From contig CAVXGQ010000005.1 in assembly GCA_963761425.1 (NCBI GenBank), positions 60,391 to 124,390 on the forward strand: DNA of 64,000 nt, written 5' to 3'. Of the stretch, positions 10,929 through 20,496 are shown in pieces. A program made the position numbers and the translations under genes. The stretch is from an uncultured Acidimicrobiaceae bacterium (GTDB lineage: Bacteria; Actinomycetota; Acidimicrobiia; Acidimicrobiales; Bog-793). Each line of letters starts with the position of its first letter. The first letter of the stretch is position 1. Below the pieces are notes generated by a model that saw only the letters and a list, made by a program, of their open reading frames with translations, searched no databases and had not been told where the DNA came from.

Positions 10929-11366
10929 TCGGATACGGCTCCTCCGGGGAGGGTGCCGCCACGCAGGCTTCCCCTGTGGAGTGCGCCCTCCGGATCATGA
11001 CGCCGAGACCGTTCCCCCAACCCGATTGGTTGGCTCGGTCGGAGTTCCGTGAGCATCGCTCGATCTCCCGGCGACTCTACGGCGCAGGCCCTGGTGCGAG
11101 ACCAGATCGGGCGGCGGGCGCTGCCAGGCAGGGAACCGCACTTGCTCGGTGTCGAACCTTCCGGGGGTCCTTGTGAAGTCCGATTCCAGCGATCGGTTCG
11201 CTGCTCGGGCGGGTCTTCCGTGCGACGTGTCGCGCGTGGGTGGCAATCCCGCCCCCCAAGGGACCGTCGTCGTGGAATGACCTGGAACTGCTGATCGAGA
11301 ACGACTTCGGGTCGCGGTGCGAGACTGATCTCCGGTCGACGGGGCCGAGACGAGGAGTTCAGATTC

Positions 11367-12281
11367 ATGGCGACGGTGTTGGTGACTCGGCGCTTGCCTG
11401 ACGGTGCACTCGTTCCGCTCGCGGCTCATCAAGTCAGGATGCGATCCGACGATTCTCCCTACAGCCATTCGGAACTGGTCCGGGCCGTCGGCGACGTCGA
11501 CGGCATCGTGTGCGTTCTCACCGATCGAGTGGATGCCGAGGTACTCGGTGCGGCCCCGCGCCTGCGGGTGGTCGGCAACATCGCGGTCGGTCTCGACAAC
11601 GTCGACACGGATGCCGCGCGTGCCGCCGGCGTACAGGTGATCAACACGCCGGGCATTCTCGACGAAACCACGGCGGACCTGGCCTTTGCCTTGATCCTCG
11701 CGGCGAGTCGTGGCTTTTCGGACGCCGAGCGTGACCTTCGCGCCGGTCGCTGGCGGGGCTGGAGCCTGCTCGACCACCTCGGCCGGGACGTCAATGGAGC
11801 GACGCTCGGACTGGTCGGCTACGGGCGGATCGCCCACGCGGTCGCCCGTCGGGCCGCCGGGTTCGACATGACGGTCCTGCACTGGTCGCACCGGGACACC
11901 GGTGAGCCCGGATTCGTGGAGAACCTCGATGACCTGCTGGTGCAAAGCGACATCGTGAGTCTTCACGTCCCCCTGGACGAGTCAACCCGCCACCTGATCG
12001 GGGCCCGCGAGCTGGCCTTGCTCGGTCCGAACTCCGTCATCGTGAACACCGCCCGGGGTGCCGTCGTCGACGAGGAGGCGCTCGCCGACGCCCTCGAGCG
12101 TGGGCAGATCTTCGCGGCGGGGATCGACGTGTATTCCGACGAGCCGCGCGTGACGCCGGCTCTTCTGCACGCACCGCGCACGGTGCTCCTGCCGCACATC
12201 GGCAGCGCATCGCTCGCCACCCGCCGTCGCATGGCCCTCCTGGTGACGAATGGCGTGGCCGCCGTGCTCGCTGGTGCCTAG
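11367..12281 (+). CDS. D-isomer-specific 2-hydroxyacid dehydrogenase (glyoxylate/hydroxypyruvate reductase-like)
   Basis: NAD-binding GLVGYGRIAHAVARRAAGFDM, catalytic-domain motifs VNTARGAVVDEEAL and LLPHIGSAS. The next gene is glycerate kinase. Confidence 0.9.
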   Translation: MATVLVTRRLPDGALVPLAAHQVRMRSDDSPYSHSELVRAVGDVDGIVCVLTDRVDAEVLGAAPRLRVVGNIAVGLDNVDTDAARAAGVQVINTPGILDETTADLAFALILAASRGFSDAERDLRAGRWRGWSLLDHLGRDVNGATLGLVGYGRIAHAVARRAAGFDMTVLHWSHRDTGEPGFVENLDDLLVQSDIVSLHVPLDESTRHLIGARELALLGPNSVIVNTARGAVVDEEALADALERGQIFAAGIDVYSDEPRVTPALLHAPRTVLLPHIGSASLATRRRMALLVTNGVAAVLAGA

Positions 12282-12286
12282 CCGAG

Positions 12287-13285
12287 ATGCGCGTCCTGGT
12301 GGCGCCCGACAAGCTACGCGGCACGCTGAGCGCTGGCGCCGCGGCCCGGGCCCTTTCCGAAGGTCTCACCGCGGCCGGCGCCCAGACGGCCAGCCTGCCT
12401 CTTTCAGACGGAGGCGAAGGTTTCCTGGAGGCGCTGGGCGGTGCGAACCGGACCGCCGAGGTTCGGAACGCCTTCGGTGCGGTGGTGGAAGCTCCGTGGC
12501 AGTTGCGCGCCGGGCGGGCGGTCCTCGAGTCGGCGATCGTCATCGGGTACCTGCCGGGGATTGACCCCGATCCCTCGCAAGCTGAAACCGCGACAAGCTA
12601 CGGCCTCGGCGAGCTGATCGCCGTGGCGCTGCGCGACGGTGCCCGGCAGATCAGTGTCGGGCTGGGCGGCTCGGCGACGACCGATGGTGGGGTCGGTGCC
12701 CTGGAAGCACTGGCCGGGTTCGTCCCCTTCGGCGCTCGCGGCGAGATCGTGCTCGCCACCGACGTGACCACGGGCTACTTGGACGCGGCCCGCGTCTTCG
12801 GGCCGCAAAAGGGCGCCGATCCGGCCGCGGTCGCCCGGTTGGAACGACGCCTTACCGTCCAGGCGGAGCTGCTGCGGAAACGGTTCGCACGCGATGTCCG
12901 CCTGGTCCCCGGGGCCGGGGCGGCCGGTGGTCTCGCCGGTGGGCTGTGGGCAGCCGGGGCGCGCATCGTGCCGGGATTCGAATTCGTGGCCGAACACGTC
13001 GGCCTCGCCTCCCAGGTCGCGGCGGCGGATCTGGTCGTGACGGCTGAGGGCCGTCTCGACCGCACCTCGTTCCAGGGCAAGGTGGTCGGCGGGGTGCTGG
13101 CGGAGGCGGCGCGCGCCGACGTGCCGGCGGTGGTGGTGGCCGGAACGGCCGACCCCTCGGCGGCTCGAGCTGCCCCGGCACGGGTCATCGACTTGTCGGA
13201 GGAGTTCGGCGAGGAGCGGGCGACCCGGGCGACCGCCGACTGTCTGCATCGGGTCGCCCGGCTCATCCTCGAGACCGGCTGGTGA
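12287..13285 (+). CDS. glycerate kinase
   Basis: N-terminus MRVLVAPDKLRGTLSA...LPLSDGGEGFLEAL and C-terminal DLVVTAEGRLDRTSFQGKVVGGV are typical of the glycerate kinase family. Confidence 0.85.
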   Translation: MRVLVAPDKLRGTLSAGAAARALSEGLTAAGAQTASLPLSDGGEGFLEALGGANRTAEVRNAFGAVVEAPWQLRAGRAVLESAIVIGYLPGIDPDPSQAETATSYGLGELIAVALRDGARQISVGLGGSATTDGGVGALEALAGFVPFGARGEIVLATDVTTGYLDAARVFGPQKGADPAAVARLERRLTVQAELLRKRFARDVRLVPGAGAAGGLAGGLWAAGARIVPGFEFVAEHVGLASQVAAADLVVTAEGRLDRTSFQGKVVGGVLAEAARADVPAVVVAGTADPSAARAAPARVIDLSEEFGEERATRATADCLHRVARLILETGW

Positions 13286-13406
13286 AGGGTCGAGTGACGA
13301 GAGTCGACCCCTATGCAGGGCGCAAGACGCTTCGGCTCCGCCAGGGCCGCGGTCCCGTGCGCGGTGGCCCGAGGAGATACCGGCCGATTCCGGATCGTCG
13401 AGCCGG

Positions 13407-14732
13407 TTAGGACCCGGCAGCCGGCGGTCCGAGGTCTGATCGATACAGGTGGCAGGCCACCTCCACCCGCCCGGCTCCGTCGCCGAACGGACGCAGGGAG
13501 GGATCGAAGCTGTCATTGAAACGGATCGCGACGCCCCCCGGGCGCGGCTCGGTCGAGGCGATGCCCCGCCAGAACGGATCGTCGGGGCTCGCGGCGCGGT
13601 GCTCTTCCAGCAGGGCGGCGACATCGGCCGCACTGTGGCCGGAGGCGCAGGGCAGCAAGGCGACCGGTGACGGCGCGTCAAGCCCGTCGAGGTTGCCGAC
13701 GATGGCCCGCTCGCGCTGGAACTCGTCCGGGCCGAGCTTCGCCCAACGTTCTTCGAGCAAGGTACGTAGGTCGCGGCTCTCCCACCCGCAGGGTTCGAAC
13801 GCCCGGGGGCAGCGAGGATGGAAGGAGCAGCCGAGCGGCGGCACGGCGGCATCCGGCACCTCGCCGCGGGGGAGGTCGCGCGGCACGTGGTGGTGAGGGT
13901 CCGGTTCGGGGATCGCCTCGAGCAGAGCCTTGGTGTACGGGTGCCGGGGATGAGCGTAGACGTCGGTTGCCGCACCGATCTCGACGATCCGCCCGAGGTA
14001 CATGATCGCGATGCGATCGCAGAAGTAGTGGGCGGTGGCGAGGTCGTGGGTCACGTAGAGATAGGTCAGCCCGAGGTCGCTCTTCAGTGTGTCCATGAGC
14101 TGGAGGACCTTGGCCCGCACGCTCATGTCGAGCATGGAGACCGGTTCGTCGGCGATGACGAGCTCGGGACCGAGGATGATCGCCCGGGCCAGCACGGCGC
14201 GTTGCTTCTGGCCGCCGGAGAGGTCGCTCGGGTACTTGCGAAGGAAGCGGTCGACGGGCACGAGGCCGACGCGTTCCAGCGTCTCGCTGACGAGCCGTTG
14301 CACCTGCCGGTCGTCGCGGGCGAGGCCGTGGATGCGCAGGGGGTGGCCGACCGCTTCGAGGATGGTCATCGCTGGGTTGAGCGATGCATGCGGATCCTGG
14401 AAGATGAGCTGCATCCGCTTTCGCAGTGGTCGGAAGCGTCGCTCCGAGAGTCCGGAGATCGTCACCCCGTCCAGCGCGATCGACCCCGAGGTGATGTTCA
14501 CCAGGGAGAGCACCCCCCGCGACAAGGTCGTCTTGCCGCTTCCCGACTCGCCGACCAGCCCGAGCACCTCGCCGCGGTGCAGCTGGAAGCTCACCCCGTC
14601 GACGGCTTTGACCGATCCGGTGTCGTGGCCGAGCATCCGCTGGAGAAAGTTGCCGCGCAGCCCGAAGTGGATCTTCAGATCGCGCACATCCAGCAGGACC
14701 GGGGCGTTCGAGAGATCAGGCTTCGTCGGCAA
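13407..14732 (-). CDS. peptide/nickel-type ABC transporter ATP-binding protein (DppF/OppF-like) with a long C-terminal extension
   Basis: Walker A GESGSGKTT, signature LSGGQKQRAVLARAI, Walker B ADEPVSMLD and the oligopeptide C-terminal motif HPYTKALL..CSFHPRCP. About 110 further residues follow. Confidence 0.9.
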   Translation of the reverse strand: MPTKPDLSNAPVLLDVRDLKIHFGLRGNFLQRMLGHDTGSVKAVDGVSFQLHRGEVLGLVGESGSGKTTLSRGVLSLVNITSGSIALDGVTISGLSERRFRPLRKRMQLIFQDPHASLNPAMTILEAVGHPLRIHGLARDDRQVQRLVSETLERVGLVPVDRFLRKYPSDLSGGQKQRAVLARAIILGPELVIADEPVSMLDMSVRAKVLQLMDTLKSDLGLTYLYVTHDLATAHYFCDRIAIMYLGRIVEIGAATDVYAHPRHPYTKALLEAIPEPDPHHHVPRDLPRGEVPDAAVPPLGCSFHPRCPRAFEPCGWESRDLRTLLEERWAKLGPDEFQRERAIVGNLDGLDAPSPVALLPCASGHSAADVAALLEEHRAASPDDPFWRGIASTEPRPGGVAIRFNDSFDPSLRPFGDGAGRVEVACHLYRSDLGPPAAGS

Positions 14733-16761
14733 TGCCGATCTCCTCCCGCTCGAGCGGGACGCGGGCCTCTGGTGTCAGCTGGTCGAACGGACCGTGGAGC
14801 CAACACTCCGCCAGGTGTCCCGGGCGCACCTCGGTGCCGATCGGCACCTCGTCCCGGCAGATCCGCATCGCCGCCGGGCACCGGGGGTGGAAGCGGCATC
14901 CCGGCGGTGGGTCGACGAGGTCAGGCGGCGCACCGGGAATGAAGTGGAGCTCGCGTGTCGACAGAGAGATCGTCGAACGCATGAGCTCCTGGGTGTAGGG
15001 GTGCTCCGGACGGCCGAAGATGTCGTCCACGGTGCCCTGCTCGACGATGCGCCCCGCGTACATCACCGCGACGCGGTCGCAGGACTCCGCGACGATGCCG
15101 AGGTTGTGCGTGATGAGCAGCAGCGAGGTGTCGAAGTTGTTCTTCAGGTCGGCGATGATGGAGAGGATCTGCGCCTCGACGAGCACGTCGAGGGCCGTCG
15201 TCGGCTCGTCGGCGATGACGAATCTCGGGCGGAAGACGAGAGCCAGCGCGATCATGATCCGCTGCCGCATGCCGCCCGAGAACTCGTAGGGGTAGTTGCG
15301 GAACCGCGTCGGCGGGATGCCGACCCCCCCGAGGGCTTCCAGAGAACGCCGTCGCACCTCGGCGTCGGAGATGTCCGGTTCGTGGGTTCGCAGTGCTTCG
15401 GCGAAGTGCTCGGAGATCCGCATGAGCGGGTCGAGGCGGGTCATCGGTTCCTGGAAGACGAGTCCGATCTCCGGCCCACGGATTCTCCGCATCTCGGCCT
15501 GGCTGGCCTTGACCAGGTTGCGCCCCCCGAAGTCGACGACGCCGTCCCGGGTCGCTCCCGCCGGCAGCAGGCCGAGGATCCCCCGTCCGAGGGTCGACTT
15601 TCCGCAACCGGATTCGCCGACCAGCCCGAGGGTTTCGCGCTCGCGGATCTCGAAGCTCACGCCGTCGACGGCGTGCACCGGACCTCGGTCGGTCCCGTAC
15701 CAGACGCGCAGGTCGCGCACCCGGATGACCGGGTTGGCGATGGCGACCGCGGTGGTGGTCGCCTGGCGCTGCCCGCCGGGCAGGGCGTAGGAGCGGTGGT
15801 TCGGCCGGCGCAGAAGGGGGTTGTAGCTGTCGTTCAGCCCCTCACCGACGAGCGTCAGCCCCGTGACGAGCAGGATGATGGCGATTCCCGGGAAGAGCCC
15901 GGTCCACCAGAAGCCGGCCTGGGCATCCGAGATGCCCCGCGAGATGTCGTATCCCCATTCGGCGGCGACCGAGGGGTCCATGCCGATGCCGAGGAACGAC
16001 AGTCCGGCGAGCGTGAGGATTGCGTCGGCGGCGTTGAGCGAGGCGACGACCGGGACTGACTGGATGACGTTCGCGAAGACGTAGCGACGGATGACCGTGC
16101 GTGGTTTGGCACCGAGGGCGCGGCCCGCCTCCACGTAGGACTCCTCGCGCACCGACAGCACGCTGTTGCGGACGACACGGAAGTACTGCGGGATGTAGAC
16201 GACGGTGATCGCGATCGCCGCGGTGAACACACCGCCGCCGACCGAGTTCTGCAGAAGAAAGGCGATGACGATAGCGAGCAGCAGGTAGGGGAAGGCGAAG
16301 ATGGAGTCGTTGAATAGAACCAAAGCCCGGTCGAGCCAGCCACCGAAGTAGCCGGAGATCAACCCCAGCGGGACGCCGATGACGACGGAGAGCGCCAGGG
16401 CGAGCACGACGACCTCGATCGAGGTGCGCGCCCCGTAGATGACTCGGGAAAGGACGTCCTCGGAGACGACCGTGGTGCCCATCCAGTGCGCCGCCGAGGG
16501 CGCGCCCTGCTGGGGGAATCGCACCCCGTGCGCCATGTACTGGTTGAACCCGTAGGGCGCGATTTGCGGCGCGAAGACGGCGAGCACGATGAAGAACAAG
16601 GTGATGGCGGCGCCGGTCCAGAAGATCCAGCGCGGCAGACCGCGGGCCGCGAGCAGCGGAGCGATCGCGTGGTGGATCCCGCGCATCCGCGGCGTTCCTT
16701 CGTTCAGCGGTTCATCCAGCACGCCTCTTGTCGCCACCGTGACCTGCGCCGTGGTCGCCAT
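14716..16761 (-). CDS. fused ABC permease (DppC-like) and ATP-binding (DppD-like) protein
   Basis: The N-terminal ~300 aa are multi-pass membrane. The C-terminal half has GESGCGKST, FSGGMRQRIMIALAL, IADEPTTALD and HPYTQELM..CRFHPRCP. Confidence 0.9.
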   Translation of the reverse strand: MATTAQVTVATRGVLDEPLNEGTPRMRGIHHAIAPLLAARGLPRWIFWTGAAITLFFIVLAVFAPQIAPYGFNQYMAHGVRFPQQGAPSAAHWMGTTVVSEDVLSRVIYGARTSIEVVVLALALSVVIGVPLGLISGYFGGWLDRALVLFNDSIFAFPYLLLAIVIAFLLQNSVGGGVFTAAIAITVVYIPQYFRVVRNSVLSVREESYVEAGRALGAKPRTVIRRYVFANVIQSVPVVASLNAADAILTLAGLSFLGIGMDPSVAAEWGYDISRGISDAQAGFWWTGLFPGIAIILLVTGLTLVGEGLNDSYNPLLRRPNHRSYALPGGQRQATTTAVAIANPVIRVRDLRVWYGTDRGPVHAVDGVSFEIRERETLGLVGESGCGKSTLGRGILGLLPAGATRDGVVDFGGRNLVKASQAEMRRIRGPEIGLVFQEPMTRLDPLMRISEHFAEALRTHEPDISDAEVRRRSLEALGGVGIPPTRFRNYPYEFSGGMRQRIMIALALVFRPRFVIADEPTTALDVLVEAQILSIIADLKNNFDTSLLLITHNLGIVAESCDRVAVMYAGRIVEQGTVDDIFGRPEHPYTQELMRSTISLSTRELHFIPGAPPDLVDPPPGCRFHPRCPAAMRICRDEVPIGTEVRPGHLAECWLHGPFDQLTPEARVPLEREEIGIADEA

Positions 16762-17822
16762 TAGTAGCGCACCCGCGGGTCGATCCAGGCGTTCAACAGG
16801 TCGATGACGAGACTGATCGCGACGACCGCCAGCGCGAACACCGTGATGATCCCCTGGACCGCGATGTAGTCACGGGCTTCGAGATAGTAGATGAGCTGGT
16901 TGCCAATTCCCGGCCAGTTGAAGGTTTCTTCGGTGAGGACCGCGCCGGACAGTAGCAGCGCGGCCTGAAGCCCCGTCACCGTGATGATCGGAACGAGGGC
17001 GTTGCGGAAGGCATGGCGGACCACGACGGCGCGCTCTTTCAGCCCCCGGGCGCGGGCAGCCTCCACGTAGTCACCCTTCATCGTCTGGATGACGTTCACG
17101 CGCACCAGTCGGAGCACCACCCCCGAGATCACCAGTCCGAGCGTCATCGCCGGAAGGACGAGGTGGGCGAGAAGGTCCGGCAGGTCCCCCCACTGCCCGT
17201 CGATCATGGCGTCGATGATGGGGATGTTGGTGTGCGGGATGAGGGTGGCCTGGATGATGACGCTCGATTCGCTGGAGGTCGGCAGCCAGTTGAGGATGTG
17301 CCCGAACAGCAGCTGGGCGAGCAGTCCGAGGAAGAAGACCGGCGCCGCGTAGATGACGATGCCGAAGATCCGCGCCGAGGCGTCCACCCAGGTGTCGCGC
17401 ATCCGTCCGGCGAGCATGCCGAGCGGGATGCCGACGACGATCGCGACGAACATCGCCGCCACGGTGAGCTCGAGGGTGGCGGCGCCGTTCTGGGCGATGA
17501 TCTGAGTGACCGGTCGGTGGTCGGTGAGCGACGTGCCGAGGTTGCCAGTGAACACCTGCCTCAGGTACTCGCCGTACTGGACGAGGAGGGGCTTGTCGTA
17601 GCCGGCGGCACGCTCTCGGGCCGCGAGCTGGACCGGCGTGAGGTGTCCGCCGAGCGCCGCCAGGATGGGGTTTCCCGGCGCCACCCGCATCAACATGAAC
17701 ACGAGCGTCAGCAGGATCAGCACCATCGGCAGCACGAGCAGGAGCCGCGTGATGAGGTACCGGCGCAGTGAACCCGTCGACGAGGCCAAGTTGAGGGTTC
17801 CTTTCGAGGTCCGGGCCCCCAA
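16761..17822 (-). CDS. ABC permease (DppB-like)
   Basis: Multi-pass membrane protein with the typical C-terminal ...AWIDPRVRY. 1-nt junction with the downstream gene. Confidence 0.9.
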   Translation of the reverse strand: MGARTSKGTLNLASSTGSLRRYLITRLLLVLPMVLILLTLVFMLMRVAPGNPILAALGGHLTPVQLAARERAAGYDKPLLVQYGEYLRQVFTGNLGTSLTDHRPVTQIIAQNGAATLELTVAAMFVAIVVGIPLGMLAGRMRDTWVDASARIFGIVIYAAPVFFLGLLAQLLFGHILNWLPTSSESSVIIQATLIPHTNIPIIDAMIDGQWGDLPDLLAHLVLPAMTLGLVISGVVLRLVRVNVIQTMKGDYVEAARARGLKERAVVVRHAFRNALVPIITVTGLQAALLLSGAVLTEETFNWPGIGNQLIYYLEARDYIAVQGIITVFALAVVAISLVIDLLNAWIDPRVRY

Positions 17823-17863
17823 GGAGGCCGGGAGTCGGGCCCGGCCTCCTTGGGGTCATCCGG

Positions 17864-19483
17864 CTAGGACTTACCGACCAGCCAGAAGCGGAACGTGTAG
17901 GAGGCGTCGAGCGTCGACTTGACGCCGGTCACGTTGTCGCGCACCCCCGCGACCTGGCCTCCCTGCCAGATCGGGATGAGCGGCGCGTCCTCGGCCGTCA
18001 GCATCTGGAGCTTGGCGAACGCCGTGTTCCGGACGGACTGGACCGTGGAGGCTTCTTCTTGGGCGATGTAGGTGTTCACCATCTTGTTGCAGTAGTGGTT
18101 GACCATCCACTCGGCGTCGCACAGGTAGAACGGACCCGTGTAGTCGTCGGCGTCTGGGTAGTCCGGGAACCATCCGAACAGCGAGACCCCGTACTGGTTG
18201 GTCGTCCCGGCCTGTACGTACGTCGACCAGGCGGCGGTGTTCAGCGACACGTTGAGCAGACCCCCGGTGTCAAGCTCGCGCTGCAGCTCGGTCGCGAGGT
18301 CCTCGTCGCCGTAGTGGTCGGTGTTGTACCACAGGGTGAACGCCACCGGGGTCTTCACACTGGCCGCCTTGAGGACGGCCTTGGCCTTCGCAAGGTTTGG
18401 AGACGTGCCGTACACGTCGGCGAACGAATTGATGTGGCCCGCGAGCGCGTCGGCGATGATCGAGTAGAGCGGCTTGACCGTTCCCCTGTAGACGTCCTTC
18501 GCGATGTCCTGGCGGTTGATGAGGTAGGCGACCGCCTGACGGATGGCATGCTTCTGCGCCGCGGTCGAGCCGGGCTGGACCTTCAGGTTGAAGACGATGT
18601 AGCGGATCTCGATTCCCTCGCCCTGCAGGACCATGACGCCCTTGGTCTTTTCGAGGGCGAGGATCTGGGTCGGGCTCAGCTCGCGGTAGGCGATGTCGAC
18701 CGCACCTGACTCGATGTCCGAAACGAGCGTCGTGGCGTTCTCCTCGTAGCGCACGATGAACTCGCTGTTGTGCAGGACGTCATTCCCGCCGTAGTGAGGA
18801 TTCGGCTTGAGCACCGCGAGCTGATCCGGCGTGTACGAGGCAAGGTAATAGGGGCCGGATCCGATGATCTTCCCGACAGCCGATGGTTGCACTGACGTGA
18901 ATGAGTAGACCTTTTTGTCGACGATGGCGCCCGCTCCGGTCGTGAGCACGTCTGGCCAGGCCGCGTCGGCGCTCTTGAGCTTGAACGTGACCGTGTTCCC
19001 CGAATAGCTCACGCTCTTCATCGGCGCGATAAGGCTGATGGGACCGGTGGAGGTGGCCATCTTGTTGATGCGGTTGAACGAGTACGCCACGTCGGCAGCG
19101 GTCACCGGATCGCCGTTCGAGAAGAACTGGTTCGGCTTGACCGTGCAGACGTAGGTGGTTGCTCCCGTTCCCTTCCACGCGCAGGTACCCGCGTCGGAGA
19201 CGATCGTGGTGGTGCTGGGTATGTACTTGAGCAGCGTCTGGTAGACGTTGTAGATGATCGTCCAAGACGGCAGGTCGTAGGAGTCGGCTGGGTCCAGGGA
19301 CGTGATGCGGTCGGTTGTCCCCAAGGTCACCGTGACGTTGGGAGGAGCGTGGTGCGTGGCAGGCCGCGCCACGGCGCCACTGGTGCCCGCCCAGGCCGTG
19401 ACCGGAACGATCAGCGCAACTCCCACGGCAACGCCTGCCAAGCGGCCAAGGGTCGATCGGGTCAGTCGTCTGTCTCGTTGCAT
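17864..19483 (-). CDS. ABC substrate-binding protein, family 5 (peptide/nickel)
   Basis: 539 aa with signal-like LAGVAVGVALIVPVTAWAGTSGAVA. Family-5 SBP length and layout; first gene of the dpp/nik-like operon. Confidence 0.9.
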   Translation of the reverse strand: MQRDRRLTRSTLGRLAGVAVGVALIVPVTAWAGTSGAVARPATHHAPPNVTVTLGTTDRITSLDPADSYDLPSWTIIYNVYQTLLKYIPSTTTIVSDAGTCAWKGTGATTYVCTVKPNQFFSNGDPVTAADVAYSFNRINKMATSTGPISLIAPMKSVSYSGNTVTFKLKSADAAWPDVLTTGAGAIVDKKVYSFTSVQPSAVGKIIGSGPYYLASYTPDQLAVLKPNPHYGGNDVLHNSEFIVRYEENATTLVSDIESGAVDIAYRELSPTQILALEKTKGVMVLQGEGIEIRYIVFNLKVQPGSTAAQKHAIRQAVAYLINRQDIAKDVYRGTVKPLYSIIADALAGHINSFADVYGTSPNLAKAKAVLKAASVKTPVAFTLWYNTDHYGDEDLATELQRELDTGGLLNVSLNTAAWSTYVQAGTTNQYGVSLFGWFPDYPDADDYTGPFYLCDAEWMVNHYCNKMVNTYIAQEEASTVQSVRNTAFAKLQMLTAEDAPLIPIWQGGQVAGVRDNVTGVKSTLDASYTFRFWLVGKS

Positions 19484-20231
19484 CTTTCCCCCTTCACTTG
19501 AGATATAGCCCGCCCCGACGACAATCGAGGCTTGTTGGCTTACAGGAGATCCCTAGGGCTGACCTGCAGGAACGCAACGCGTGCATGTTCGCACACGTTG
19601 GCAGATCAAGCCAGATGGCAGGTTCAGTGGCGGTGCGGCCGTGGCGACCGTTCCCGTCGCAGGGTGCGAGAAGCGACGGGCCTTGCATGGCAGTTCACGA
19701 CCGGCGACACCTGTCGGACAGGGGTAGTCGGCAGTCTTGCGTGGTGCCGGGTCGTCATTGTCGGGGGCTCTTCGGCGGGACTTGGTTGGCCCGACACATC
19801 CTGGGGGGATCCGGTGCAATCCGGTCTTCGTCGGCCGTGGTCCCAGTCGAGTCGTCACTGGGATGGAGCTGCGGGTCAGGGGCCGGCCGCAACGAGGGTG
19901 AGGGTGACGTTGACTGCATCGGCGTCGCCAGCTCGTGGCTCTGCGCCCGGGAAGAGGGGCGTAGCAGCGCCAGCTTGTCTTCCGGGCGGCCAGGCGGGGA
20001 GGGTGCATCGGTCGCCCGGACCGGTTCTACGACCCGGGCCGCCGTCTCGTTCAGCCACCGACTGCCTGGTCGACGATCGGAGATCCTTTGGGCCGGACGA
20101 CCCGGGGGATTGACGACTTCTCATGGCGCCGAGCACCGCGGCCGCGGCCGCACCTCAAACCGGTGTCGCCGCGGATCTCGTTCACGGCGCGGGATGGCGC
20201 CCTTGAGGAATTGAACGAATTGGAGACCGGA

Positions 20232-20351
20232 TCAGCCGACGTGTCCAGCAGCAGCCTTCGAGGCTTCCTTTGACTTCTTGGCGGCGCGCTTTTCTTTCAC
20301 GCTCCGCCCCGGTTTCTTGTTGCTCGTCTTCTTCGGTGACTTGTCCGCCAT
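20232..20351 (-). CDS. possible small Lys-rich basic protein
   Basis: The tail of the long shadow ORF 20232..21476 reads MADKSPKKTSNKKPGRSVKEKRAAKKSKEASKAAAGHVG. This is a plausible small basic protein, but there is no independent support. Confidence 0.3.
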   Translation of the reverse strand: MADKSPKKTSNKKPGRSVKEKRAAKKSKEASKAAAGHVG

Positions 20352-20496
20352 GGCGGGGTCCTTTCCCATCGGCCGGTTGATCCCGATTGTCGCGTAACGC
20401 GCCTCGTCGTGCTCCCCGTGTCTCCCACTCATGATATGGCCGCGACGTAGTTGAATCGGCGGAAAGCACGCTGCCACCTGACTTGCCCCGTCACAG

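Noticed and set aside
11172-11190. Rex operator candidate TTGTGAAGTCCGATTCCAG upstream of the 2-hydroxyacid dehydrogenase gene
   Set aside because: Only the left half-site (TTGTGAA) matches the ROP consensus. The right half (TTCCAG versus TTCACAA) does not, so a single half-site is not evidence.
19498-20214. 238-aa plus-strand ORF in the gap upstream of the peptide/nickel ABC operon
   Set aside because: The composition (Arg/Gly/Ser-rich, many Cys/Trp) and the lack of any motif argue against coding. It is treated as a non-coding leader region instead.
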